Below are positions 9,160-18,631 of a stretch of DNA of 64,000 nucleotides, in pieces. The translations under genes were made by a program, and so were the position numbers. Positions within the stretch are counted from its first letter, which is position 1, and every line of letters begins with the position of its first letter. This stretch comes from Candidatus Moraniibacteriota bacterium (GTDB lineage: Bacteria > Patescibacteriota > Minisyncoccia > Moranbacterales > UBA1568): NCBI GenBank assembly GCA_052034975.1, contig JBPOIA010000002.1, positions 3,461 to 67,460 on the forward strand, read 5' to 3'. The notes under the pieces are model-generated. The model was not told where the DNA came from. It did not search any database and worked only from the letters and a program-made list of their open reading frames with translations.

Positions 9160-11250
9160 TTACGCCCTTTCCCTGGAAAATTCCTCTTCCAAAAGGATCG
9201 CTAGCTTGGGCGGAAGCATATTCTTGCGCGTCAACTCGCATAACCCTTCCTCCATCACCTTTGCAAGGCTCCGCTTTCCGAAATCCTCGTTCAAAGCTTC
9301 GAGATACGTTGAATCCTCAGAAACAGCCGCTTCGGTCCGCATATGCGCATCATTATGGAATTCCTGATGGGACGCAATGACCCTGTCCACCACTTCGTGA
9401 TACGCCGCAGATTCTATCTTGGATCGATGTTTGAGCTTCAAGAGTTCTTTAACGACTTTTCTCGCGATGATTTCCTGCGCGCGATAATACATATACCGTT
9501 CCTTCAATATCTCCTGCTTGGTCGGCTTCGGCAGAAATATCCGATGGAGAAACGCCGCCAACTGCTCAAACCAGTCCGGTGTGAATTCCTCGTCAAGCGA
9601 ACGAATCTGAACACCTCCTTCTTCCACGCGCTCAAGCTGTACGTCAAGTTTCGCCAAAATCCGTTTGTAGACCGGTTCGCTCACTTCCCGATATTGGAAC
9701 AAAAGTCCGAGAAAATGCTTCTCGATGCCGAGCGCGTACGCCCGGAGTGCCTGTTCGAAATCCGCCGGCCGGCCGGTAAGGATTTTCTCGCATTCTCCGT
9801 ATTCGAGATCGCGCCGATGCTCCGACCATTTTTCGATCTTTTCGTGCGCCGACGCACTCAAATAGCCCTTCGAGAAGAATTCCGACAGTTTCCCGATAGC
9901 ATAGGAAAAGATAAATACTCGGCTCTGCCGATATTCCGCCTCTTCGGCCGACGTCAGCGCATTTAGCTTGAAACGATTGATCATCGTGCTGATGCTGGTC
10001 GCCTTCACGAACAGCGTGAAATAAATGCAACCGATAGTGATGGCCGTAACGAACTCCTTTACCGTAAAATCGTACCGCCAGCCGGGCAAAGAAAGACTGT
10101 CCGGGATGAGCATCACCATAATGACCGCGAGCGCGCCGCGCAGGCTCCCCCACGCGAGAAGATGCTGCCACGTAGTCGGAATGAATTGTTCCTTCCTCGT
10201 GAAGTTGAGTAAGCGGACCACCGGATACACCGATACTGCCCGCGCCAGTATGACGACCAGTACCGTCAGGAAGATCGGGAGCACGAAACGTCCGAAGTCG
10301 ATCGGTAAATCGGCAAACAAGAGTCCCATCGTGATGAAAACGAGAGAATTAGCAACAAACGCAAAATATCCCCAAAAACGCTCCATAAATTGCTCGACGC
10401 GCGGCGAAAGCTTGGAACGGCCATAATTTCCGATGATCATCGATGCCAAGACGGTCGCGATGATCGAAGAAAGATGTATCTCGTGTCCGAATAACGTCAG
10501 GGAATGCGACAACACCTCCGAGAGGATAAATGTCAGATGGGCGACCAGCATCGTAAGGGTGATCTCGATATGCTCGCTGTTCTCCACTTTCTCGATGAGC
10601 TTGGCGAACAGAAAGCCCATAAAGAGCCCAAAAACTATACCGCCAAGCACCATCGTCGAGAACATAAAAATTCCATCGAAGATCGTCTCCCAGCCGGAAA
10701 ATCCCTTGAGAATGATTTCCAATACGATGAGAAAGGCCGCAAGCGACGTTCCGTCGTTGAAAAGACTTTCTCCTTCAAAAAGAAACGAGAGTCGCTTCGG
10801 TACGCCGACCTCCTTGAAAAGCGCGAGTACCGCCACTGGGTCGGTCGCTGAAATCAAGGCGCCGAAGAGGAGTGTTGCAAGGAACGGAACTTCCATTCCG
10901 ATCAGACGAAAAGCGAAGAACAATGCGAACGCGACAAAGAACATCGAGATGATGAGACTGCCGACCGACAACCACGTGACGGAACGGACGTTTCGCATCA
11001 GTTCGCGGACGCGCATATTGTACGCCGCTTCGAAAATAAGGATGGGCAGAAAGATATAGAAGAGGAGTTCCGGAGTCAGATGAAACGCTTTCAGGAACGC
11101 AAATCCCGGAATATGCGTGATCGGAACGAGGAACGATCCAACCAGCACCAAAAGGACCGTATACGGCAACCGGGCACGCTGCGAAACGAAGTACGTACCG
11201 ATGGAAATCAGCATAAGCAAAAACGCCGAAAGGATGACTTCGATGGTCAT
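9160..11250 (-). CDS. CPA1-family Na+/H+ antiporter (NhaP/NhaG-like) with cytoplasmic C-terminal domain
   Basis: IFLPILIFEAA, ISATDPVAV, EGESLFNDG, GSLRGAL. Confidence 0.92.
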   Translation of the reverse strand: MTIEVILSAFLLMLISIGTYFVSQRARLPYTVLLVLVGSFLVPITHIPGFAFLKAFHLTPELLFYIFLPILIFEAAYNMRVRELMRNVRSVTWLSVGSLIISMFFVAFALFFAFRLIGMEVPFLATLLFGALISATDPVAVLALFKEVGVPKRLSFLFEGESLFNDGTSLAAFLIVLEIILKGFSGWETIFDGIFMFSTMVLGGIVFGLFMGFLFAKLIEKVENSEHIEITLTMLVAHLTFILSEVLSHSLTLFGHEIHLSSIIATVLASMIIGNYGRSKLSPRVEQFMERFWGYFAFVANSLVFITMGLLFADLPIDFGRFVLPIFLTVLVVILARAVSVYPVVRLLNFTRKEQFIPTTWQHLLAWGSLRGALAVIMVMLIPDSLSLPGWRYDFTVKEFVTAITIGCIYFTLFVKATSISTMINRFKLNALTSAEEAEYRQSRVFIFSYAIGKLSEFFSKGYLSASAHEKIEKWSEHRRDLEYGECEKILTGRPADFEQALRAYALGIEKHFLGLLFQYREVSEPVYKRILAKLDVQLERVEEGGVQIRSLDEEFTPDWFEQLAAFLHRIFLPKPTKQEILKERYMYYRAQEIIARKVVKELLKLKHRSKIESAAYHEVVDRVIASHQEFHNDAHMRTEAAVSEDSTYLEALNEDFGKRSLAKVMEEGLCELTRKNMLPPKLAILLEEEFSRERA

Positions 11251-11346
11251 AGGAAAGAAAAATTAAAAAAAGAAAAAGCGGCGGAACCGGAAGGTTTTGC
11301 CACGAAGATGAAAACAAATAATATTGTACTCCTTTTCTTTCTTCTG

Positions 11347-11384
11347 TCAAAAAAGAAAGCTCCGCCTTGACGGCGGAGCTTCTG
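11347..11384 (-). terminator. terminator of rplJL
   Basis: AAGCTCCGCC-loop-GGCGGAGCTT followed by T run on the minus strand. Confidence 0.75.
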
Positions 11385-11402
11385 AACCGTTCGAGAGATC
11401 GG

Positions 11403-11810
11403 TTATTTGAGGGTCACGGTCGCACCGGCTTCCTCGAGCTTCTTCTTGAAGTTCTCGGCATCGGCCTTGGCGACTTTCTCCTTGATCACTTTCGGGGCGG
11501 CATCGACGAGCGCCTTGCTCTCGGCAAGACCGAGGCCGGTCACTTCGCGGACGACCTTGATCACATTGATCTTCTGACCGCCGGCATTGGTAAGCTCGAC
11601 ATCGAAGTCGGTCTTTTCCTCAGCGGCCGGAGCGGCACCAGCAGCAGCCGGCATCGCGCCCATCATCATCGGGGCGGCAGCCGTCACACCGAATTTGTCT
11701 TCCAGCACTTTCACGAGCTCAGAAAGATCGAGGACACTCATCTTCTCGATTTCCGAGACAAGCTTCTCGAATTTCTCCGGCACAACCACTTCCTTCTTCT
11801 CTTCTGACAT
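11403..11810 (-). CDS. rplL: 50S ribosomal protein L7/L12
   Basis: [33 protein letters not shown]. Confidence 0.98.
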   Translation of the reverse strand: MSEEKKEVVVPEKFEKLVSEIEKMSVLDLSELVKVLEDKFGVTAAAPMMMGAMPAAAGAAPAAEEKTDFDVELTNAGGQKINVIKVVREVTGLGLAESKALVDAAPKVIKEKVAKADAENFKKKLEEAGATVTLK

Positions 11811-11863
11811 ACGCTTTACGTTAAACGTTAATTATATTGATTACTTCTTGATACCTCTTAAAA

Positions 11864-12388
11864 TTATGCTTTCTTTTCTTCGATCGCTTTCAATGCCTGC
11901 ACCAATCCGCGGAGATTGCCCGACAATACCCGAGCGAAACCACTAATCGGAGCCTGGAGCGTGCCCACGAGCGTAGCACGGAGTTCGTCTCGGCTCGGCA
12001 GCTTGGCGAGTGCCTTGATCTCCTCGACGGAAAGCGATTTCGTTCCAAGTGCGCCTCCTTCGATCGACAGCGTGGTCTCTTTATTGGCCTTCAAGAAATC
12101 TGCGAGTGTTTTTGCGGCGGATACTTCGTCTTTCGAAAACGCCACACCAACCTGCCCCTCGAGCTTCCTCGCATCGACATCGACGCCGACGGCTTTGAGA
12201 GCAATAGCAAGGAGCGTCTTTTTGAGCACTTGCCAGCTCGAACCGCTCTTCGCAAGCTCCTTGCGGATAGCGGTCAGATCCTTGACATTCACGCCCTTAT
12301 AATTCGCGAACACGAGCGCTTTGGAATCCTTCAATTTGGCGGCGACTTCCGCAACCAACGCTTCTTTTTGTTGTCTCGTTTGCTGCAT
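11864..12388 (-). CDS. rplJ: 50S ribosomal protein L10
   Basis: VLKKTL, LAKLPSRDELRATLVGTLQAP; upstream of rplL. Confidence 0.96.
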   Translation of the reverse strand: MQQTRQQKEALVAEVAAKLKDSKALVFANYKGVNVKDLTAIRKELAKSGSSWQVLKKTLLAIALKAVGVDVDARKLEGQVGVAFSKDEVSAAKTLADFLKANKETTLSIEGGALGTKSLSVEEIKALAKLPSRDELRATLVGTLQAPISGFARVLSGNLRGLVQALKAIEEKKA

Positions 12389-12389
12389 A

Positions 12390-12510
12390 CCCGGTAGTGA
12401 AACTTCGACAGCTTCTTTTGAGCTATTCGAAGTTTTCAGTTAACATAATTACATCATTCAAACTCAGTTTTCTGGTCTTTCTGAATGCCGGTCGAAGTTC
12501 TCCTACCGGG
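12390..12510. mobile_element. MITE-like element at the rplJ start codon
   Basis: TIRs CCCGGTAG...CTACCGGG extending imperfectly to ~20 bp; flanked by a CATA direct repeat (12386-12389, 12511-12514). Confidence 0.75.
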
Positions 12511-12540
12511 CATACTCGAGAAATTCTCTTTAACCGATTA

Positions 12541-12695
12541 TTTCAAAAAAATAAACTGCGGCAAAACCGCAGCATTTCGAAAGATTTCTGAACATTTCTT
12601 GGCGCTATCTTTTCGACTGTCGCCGGAAATGTCCTTTTCCTCGTGAGGCCTTTTCGGAAGCTTATCCGCCGGCTGGCGGACCTCATTTCTGCGGA
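12541..12695 (-). promoter_or_regulatory. probable L10 leader plus attenuator terminator
   Basis: Minus strand AGAAATGAGG-[hairpin]-TAA...CCTCACGAGG resembles the L10-leader core; then CTGCGG-TTTTG-CCGCAG plus T run. Confidence 0.55.
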
Positions 12696-12746
12696 ATATG
12701 AAGTTGTATGATTCAGTGTACTCCGAAATCGAAGTGGCGTCAAGCA

Positions 12747-13136
12747 TTACTCCGTTTTGGCCTCTTCGGCCGGAGCCTCTTCCTTTTTCTCCTCGACGGT
12801 CATTTCGACAGCCGCTACCGCTCCATCCTGAACCGGAGCCTCTTCCGTCTTCGGCTCTTCCGCCTTAACCGGACGTGGCATCTTCTTGGCGATTTTCTTC
12901 CCTTCAATAATACTCTCGCGAACAAGCATATTATGGACGGCATCGGACACCTGGGCACCCTGGCCGATCCAAAAAAGAATACGGTCCTTCTTCAGGATAG
13001 TCGTCTTCTTGTGCGGATCATAACTGCCCAAAATCTCCACATGGCGCTTGCCCGGAGCTTTTGTATGCTCTTGGAGCGTCACACGGAAATATGCGCGATT
13101 CCTTTTGCCGGTGCGATTGAGACGGATGGTCAACAT
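12747..13136 (-). CDS. rpsP: 30S ribosomal protein S16 with acidic C-terminal tail
   Basis: MLTIRLNRTGKRN, VEILGSYDP, GAQVSDAV. Confidence 0.95.
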   Translation of the reverse strand: MLTIRLNRTGKRNRAYFRVTLQEHTKAPGKRHVEILGSYDPHKKTTILKKDRILFWIGQGAQVSDAVHNMLVRESIIEGKKIAKKMPRPVKAEEPKTEEAPVQDGAVAAVEMTVEEKKEEAPAEEAKTE

Positions 13137-13252
13137 ATCGGATAAAACGGTTTTTAGATGTATACAAACCCCACTCTAACGTATTTTCCGGATGCTGTCA
13201 ACAAAAAACCCGCCTTCTGCCGAACAGAAAGACGGGCGCAATGTGTTTTTCT

Positions 13253-13993
13253 TCACGCGATGCCCAAGCGGCCGTATCTCGAAAGGATCCGCGAAACTTC
13301 GCTCAGTTCGACGAGAATCCGGTCACGTTCGTCGTTTAGTGCTTCCTGTCTCCCTTTCAGGGTTTCCAGGTCCCGTTTCAATTTTTCTTCCTGTTCCACT
13401 GCCCTCTGTTTCCTGAGAGACAGCCTCTCGAGAATGGGATTCGGGATCCTTTCATCCATCGGCGGTTCCGCGAAAGAGAACAGGATATCGGCCCACACGT
13501 TCCCTGGAATCTCCGGTTCTCCGCCCGATGACGATTGTTTCATAAACGAGAAACAGGTGTCGTCACCGAGGCAGACGATAAGCGGATTCGGGAAAAACTG
13601 GGAGAATTCCTGCCGCAAGATGCCGAGAAGATCTCCTGTTGGCCTTCGTTTGGGAACATTCCCGCGTCCTGATTCCAAGCTGACATAGCTTTTGACCAGG
13701 GGCAACGTCTCCCAGCCGGTCGAAAACCTACCCCAAAGGATCTTCTCCCATACGTCCGGCAGATACGGAGGGGGCATAAAGCCATATCTTGATCCATCCA
13801 TATCGCGACGGATCGGCTGTTGTTTCTCGTACGCCACGACGCAGAAATGCTCGTCGGCATACTCGGGAAACAGTGGCAGGAGTTCTCCTGCATCGGACCG
13901 TATCTCGATGCCGGCGGAATACCCCGGCCCCTTCCCTTCCTCGTACAACACGAATCCGGTTCTTTCGATATTCTTGATCGCATTGAATCGCAT
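13253..13993 (-). CDS. hypothetical protein with C-terminal coiled coil
   Basis: Long ORF; GGAGGG before ATG 13993; own TATACT -10 upstream and terminator hairpin at ~13205-13240. Confidence 0.65.
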   Translation of the reverse strand: MRFNAIKNIERTGFVLYEEGKGPGYSAGIEIRSDAGELLPLFPEYADEHFCVVAYEKQQPIRRDMDGSRYGFMPPPYLPDVWEKILWGRFSTGWETLPLVKSYVSLESGRGNVPKRRPTGDLLGILRQEFSQFFPNPLIVCLGDDTCFSFMKQSSSGGEPEIPGNVWADILFSFAEPPMDERIPNPILERLSLRKQRAVEQEEKLKRDLETLKGRQEALNDERDRILVELSEVSRILSRYGRLGIA

Positions 13994-14069
13994 CGTTGCC
14001 ACCCCTCCAAAGGTAAAGAACACGCCGCCAGTATAGCAGGGAAAGGATTACTGTCAAACAGAGATTTGC

Positions 14070-16373
14070 TTATGCCGAAAGAACTTTTCCGTGTTCACCA
14101 ACCTGATCGAGACGGACGGAGAGAAGCTGCGAGATGCCGTCTTGACCCATCGTCACCCCGTAGAGAAGCCCAGCCTGTGCCATCGTTTCGCGGTTATGGG
14201 TGATGGCGATGAATTGCGTGTGATCGGAGAGTTCGCGGAGCATTTTTCCGAAACGCCGCGAGTTGGCTTCATCGAGTGCCGCCTCCACTTCGTCAAGCAC
14301 CGAGAACGGCGGCGGATTGTGCGAAATGATAGCGAAAAGAAGCGCCAAGGACGTAAGCGACCGTTCGCCACCGGACAACATAGAAAGATGAGTGATCTTC
14401 TTTCCCGGCGGACACGCGAGGATCTCAATACCAATCTCATCCGCCTCCTCCGTCTCTGCCTCTTCCAATTCTTCCTCGGCATCCGTTCCTTCGCCTTTTC
14501 CACCCCTCGTCCGCCTCTTCATCTTCACGAGTTCCAGTTCGGCTTTTCCCCCACCGAAGATAATTTTGAAATATTCGGCGAACTTCCTGCGAATTTCCCG
14601 GAACGCACCCTGAAACGCATCATCAATTTTCCGATCCATCTCCCGAATCACCGTTTGGAGCGATTCGATAGCCTGCTTGAGATCGGCCGATTCGCGTGTC
14701 AGGAATTCGAAACGTTTTTCCGTCTCCTGATATTCCTCCACCACGAGCGGATCGATGCCGCCAATATGTTCGATCTCGACTTTGAGCCGTGCGATCTCGC
14801 GTTCAAGGCGTTCGCGCTCGACCGACGTCCCGTCGTATTTCAGATCATTCACGCCCATCGAGAGCTCCTCGTGCACGAGCGCCGTTAGGTCTTCTTCGCG
14901 CACCTCGACGCGCGCCAAACGAACCTTGATATCGTTCACGCTGTCTTTGAGTCGTGTCAGACGATATTCCTTTTCCCGCCATTCTTTCTCTTTGGCAAAG
15001 AATGTCTCACGCGCCGTCCGTCCCGTATCGCGCAGCCCGGCGACAAGCCGTTCGTTTTCCGTTATGGATCGCTGAATGGCCTCCGCCGCCGTGTTCAATT
15101 TTTCTTTTTCTTCCATAAGCCGTGTCAAACGCTCGTCGCTCGCCTTCTTTTCGTTCTCCGGCAAGGCGATCGTCTTGGTTTCCTTGATACTCCCCTGTCC
15201 GGCTTTTTCATCAAGGTCGTGAAGCTTCTGTTTGATCACTTGGGCGAATTCGCGGATATCCTGCAAGTCTTCCAATTTCTCGGCATTTCGGATACGGTCG
15301 ATGAGTTCCTGCTGATCGGCACGGATCTCTTCCAATGCCTTCCTAACATACCCAAGATCCACCGGCACGATACGCACGACTTCTTGTTCTTTTTGTTTCT
15401 CCTTTTCGATCTCGATCTTTCCGTCAGTGATGCTCCGATCACGCAAGAGCACATTTCCTTCGTCGCGCAGCCGCAAAAGATCACGTTCGGCAGTCTCTTC
15501 GGCGTCGCGATTTTCCATCGATTTCGATGCCTCAGACACTTCGCGTGCCAAATTATTAGTCTCCACTTCGAGAGCAAACGCTTCCTGTTGCATCATATCG
15601 CGCTCCTTGGTCAACGTCCCGCGCTCACCCTGAAATACATCCCAAAGGAATCCGTACAGGAGGAGTTGTTTTTCGCGAAGCTTCCCCGCGATTTCTTTGC
15701 CCTGCGAAGCCTTCTCGGCTTGGCGACGGAGATTCTTCAGATGCGGCTCGATCTCTACCGTGAGCGCATCAACGCGCGCCAAATTCTCTCTCGTACTATC
15801 GAGCTTTCGGAGCGCGCGTTCCTTCTCGATCTGATACTGCTTCACACCGGCGGCGTCTTCGAAAATCGATCGCCGCTCCGAGAGCGTGGCATTCAATACC
15901 GCATCGCTCATCCCCTGCGTGATAACGCAGTAGCTGTCCTTGCCGATACCCGCTTTGGCAAGCAGGTCGACGATATCCATCAACCGCACCTGCGACCCAT
16001 TAATAAGATATTCGCTCTCGCCGCTCCGATACACTTTTCGCGTTATCGAAACCTCAGCGAACTCGATCGGGATACGCTTGTCAGAATTATCAAAATAAAG
16101 CGTCACCGACGCCGCACCCAGACGAGCTTTTTTATCCGTCCCGGCAAAAATGACGTCTTCGGATTTTTTCCCACGCAGATTTTTCCATGACTGTTCTCCG
16201 ATGGCCCAGCGGATCGCGTCGGCCACATTCGATTTTCCGCTGCCGTTCGGTCCGACGATCGCCGTAATACCACATTTTCCACCGCTTGCGATATCGCATT
16301 CGGGCAGAAAATCAAGCGCCGTCTTGTTGGCGAAGGATTTGAATCCGCTGATTTCGAGTTTCTTCAAATACAT
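14070..16373 (-). CDS. smc: SMC-family ATPase, short form (767 aa)
   Basis: MYLKKLEISGFKSF, GPNGSGKSN, LSGGE, DEVEAALD, ITHN; downstream of rnc. Confidence 0.9.
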   Translation of the reverse strand: MYLKKLEISGFKSFANKTALDFLPECDIASGGKCGITAIVGPNGSGKSNVADAIRWAIGEQSWKNLRGKKSEDVIFAGTDKKARLGAASVTLYFDNSDKRIPIEFAEVSITRKVYRSGESEYLINGSQVRLMDIVDLLAKAGIGKDSYCVITQGMSDAVLNATLSERRSIFEDAAGVKQYQIEKERALRKLDSTRENLARVDALTVEIEPHLKNLRRQAEKASQGKEIAGKLREKQLLLYGFLWDVFQGERGTLTKERDMMQQEAFALEVETNNLAREVSEASKSMENRDAEETAERDLLRLRDEGNVLLRDRSITDGKIEIEKEKQKEQEVVRIVPVDLGYVRKALEEIRADQQELIDRIRNAEKLEDLQDIREFAQVIKQKLHDLDEKAGQGSIKETKTIALPENEKKASDERLTRLMEEKEKLNTAAEAIQRSITENERLVAGLRDTGRTARETFFAKEKEWREKEYRLTRLKDSVNDIKVRLARVEVREEDLTALVHEELSMGVNDLKYDGTSVERERLEREIARLKVEIEHIGGIDPLVVEEYQETEKRFEFLTRESADLKQAIESLQTVIREMDRKIDDAFQGAFREIRRKFAEYFKIIFGGGKAELELVKMKRRTRGGKGEGTDAEEELEEAETEEADEIGIEILACPPGKKITHLSMLSGGERSLTSLALLFAIISHNPPPFSVLDEVEAALDEANSRRFGKMLRELSDHTQFIAITHNRETMAQAGLLYGVTMGQDGISQLLSVRLDQVGEHGKVLSA

Positions 16374-16542
16374 TTCCGAAGAAGTAAGTAGTATGTAGTA
16401 AGTAACAAGAAAAACATAAAGCACGTTCGCACCCTTGCTCCTTTCTACTGGCTACTTTCCAGTATATCCCAAATCAAACCAAAAGAAAAAGGCTTGCCAA
16501 ATATGACAAGCCCGTGTTTCAAAGACGCCAAGCCGGCAAGGA

Positions 16543-16677
16543 TTACCGCCAAAAACCCTTTTCGAAGGAATCCAGAAACCAGTCTTTTAACCTCCAAAGA
16601 AAAGGAACCGCGTACCACAGAACAAGTCCGATGGCCGCGATGAGAAGCATCGTTTCGTTCGACAGATTAAACATCAT
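16543..16677 (-). CDS. small single-TM protein (44 aa)
   Basis: AAGGAGG SD before ATG; one hydrophobic helix; terminator hairpin at ~16485-16515. Confidence 0.55.
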   Translation of the reverse strand: MMFNLSNETMLLIAAIGLVLWYAVPFLWRLKDWFLDSFEKGFWR

Positions 16678-16699
16678 CTTTCCTCCTTCTGAAAAAACG

Positions 16700-16966
16700 T
16701 TATGCCACGAACATATCGGCCGTTTCACTCGTACGTGTCGACGGGTAAAGTTCGTAACAGCAGCGTCCTGCCGAACCGAAACACTGCCCGCCCGGTTCGG
16801 ACGAAACCGCTGCTGCGGAAAAATTCCGCTTCTCGCATTCCGGATGCGCCGGACGCCTGGGATCAAAATGACAGTGCCGTTCCGGAATATGAGACGGTTT
16901 CCCGATAAGCGCGGTTCGGATCAACGCTTCCCCGACCGATGTCGGGCTTTCAGATCGCTTATCCAT
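16700..16966 (-). CDS. small Cys/His-rich hypothetical protein (88 aa)
   Basis: AAGGGAG SD before ATG; HCH, HPEC, C and CC residues. Confidence 0.5.
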   Translation of the reverse strand: MDKRSESPTSVGEALIRTALIGKPSHIPERHCHFDPRRPAHPECEKRNFSAAAVSSEPGGQCFGSAGRCCYELYPSTRTSETADMFVA

Positions 16967-17024
16967 CGTATACTCCCTTCTTGTAAAAAAACTTGAAAAA
17001 TAACCGATATCGCTTTTGGTAATA

Positions 17025-17723
17025 TCACGACCAGCCTTTTTTCGCAAGCGCTTCCCGAGCGGCGGCGCGCTGCGCATCCTGTTTGGATGCTCCCTCGCCT
17101 TCGGCCACCAGCTCTTCACCGATAAAGACGCCGGCGACAAAATGCCGGTCGTGATCTGGTCCCCATTCTTTCAAGACACGATATCCCGGTGTCATACCGG
17201 TCTTTTCCTGTGAGAGCTCCTGAAAACGACTCTTCGGATCGGTATAGAGATTCTGTTCGAGCACTTCTTCCAAATGACTCAGAATATGCCGATCGATAAA
17301 ATCCCGGGCGGCATCGTATCCCTGATCGAGATAGAGCGCACCGATGATCGCTTCCATCGCGTTTGCAATCAGATACTGGCGCGCGCGGCCGGTATCTTTG
17401 GATTCACCCCGGCTCATCAGGAGAAAATCCTGCACCCGAAGATCCTGGCCGATTTTTGCCAGCATATCGCCGTTCACGAGCGCGGCGCGAAAGCTCGTCA
17501 GCTCACCCTCGGGATTGTCGAAATGATCGAAGAGATGACGCGTGACCGCGAGTTCAAGCACGGCGTCACCTAAAAATTCCAACCGTTCGTTGTGCGGAAA
17601 CGCATACTCCCGGTGCTCGTTTAAGTACGAACGGTGTGTCAGCGCTTCCTGAAACAGATCTTGATTCCGTATCGCGATGCCGAACGTCTCTTCTAATTGC
17701 TGCTTGTCGATAGTACTAGACAT
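17025..17723 (-). CDS. rnc: ribonuclease III
   Basis: NERLEFLGDAVL, EAIIGALYLD, C-terminal dsRBD. Confidence 0.97.
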   Translation of the reverse strand: MSSTIDKQQLEETFGIAIRNQDLFQEALTHRSYLNEHREYAFPHNERLEFLGDAVLELAVTRHLFDHFDNPEGELTSFRAALVNGDMLAKIGQDLRVQDFLLMSRGESKDTGRARQYLIANAMEAIIGALYLDQGYDAARDFIDRHILSHLEEVLEQNLYTDPKSRFQELSQEKTGMTPGYRVLKEWGPDHDRHFVAGVFIGEELVAEGEGASKQDAQRAAAREALAKKGWS

Positions 17724-17762
17724 ACTCTTTCTTACGGAAAAGGCGCGAAACGCGCCTGAGAG

Positions 17763-18308
17763 TCATTTCTTATGAGTAGTTTTTTTCTTCGCCGGCTTAG
17801 CCATATGCCTCACTCTTGTTTCGGCCTCTTTCTTTTCTTGTTTTTCGATGTTGCGCTTGTGATTCTCGGATACGTCATTCTTCATCGGTTCGCCCATCTC
17901 TCGATAGATTGTCCCCAAAACACCGTTCACGAACCGCGGACTCGAATCGCTCCCAAACGACTTTGCCAGCTCGATTGCCTCATTGATGGCGACTTTCGGC
18001 GGTACTTCGTCGTAATTACCGAACATCAGCTCGTAAATACCGAGTCGCAGAACGTTGCGGTCCACGACTGTCACTTGTTCAAGTGGCCATTCCGGCGCGC
18101 ATTTCTCGATCAGTTTATCGATCGTTTTGCGTTCGCGGAGCGTGCCCTCGAGAAGCTGGCTCGCGAATATCGCGTCTTCGAGCCCGGGTGCGAATTCCTG
18201 TATGTTGCGCTTCAAAATATCGCGCGACTGGTCATCGTGCTTTCCCTGGAAGTCCCACTCGAAGAGGGACTGCATCGCTACCGATCTTTGAAGATGCCTG
18301 TTTGCCAT
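17763..18308 (-). CDS. nusB: transcription antitermination factor NusB
   Basis: [37 protein letters not shown]. Confidence 0.95.
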   Translation of the reverse strand: MANRHLQRSVAMQSLFEWDFQGKHDDQSRDILKRNIQEFAPGLEDAIFASQLLEGTLRERKTIDKLIEKCAPEWPLEQVTVVDRNVLRLGIYELMFGNYDEVPPKVAINEAIELAKSFGSDSSPRFVNGVLGTIYREMGEPMKNDVSENHKRNIEKQEKKEAETRVRHMAKPAKKKTTHKK

Positions 18309-18358
18309 TTTTGTTTCAAAACGCTTTTTGTGGCGCGGCGCGCCAGTTTTCTCACGCT

Positions 18359-18562
18359 CTATTTCTTCTTTCCGGCTTTCTGTTTGGGTGCGGTTTTCAC
18401 CACTTCCCGACCCTTGTACGTACCGCATTTGGCACAGGCGCGATGCGGTAATATAGGCGCCTTGCATTTGGAACACTCGCGGGTCTTCACGGTCTTCGTA
18501 TCATACTGCTTGCGTGCGCGGTCGCGACGATGACGGGTATGTCTTTGCTTAGGCAATGCCAT
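18359..18562 (-). CDS. rpmF: 50S ribosomal protein L32 (zinc-binding type)
   Basis: [12 protein letters not shown]...[13 protein letters not shown]. Confidence 0.96.
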   Translation of the reverse strand: MALPKQRHTRHRRDRARKQYDTKTVKTRECSKCKAPILPHRACAKCGTYKGREVVKTAPKQKAGKKK

Positions 18563-18631
18563 AATTTCGTACGGTTAGCAAGAATTATTCAATACGCCCA
18601 CTCTATCAGTTTCCGATCGCTTTGACAAGAG

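Noticed and set aside
12538-12747. 69-aa ORF between rpsP and rplJ
   Set aside because: The region is better explained by promoter, L10 leader and terminator
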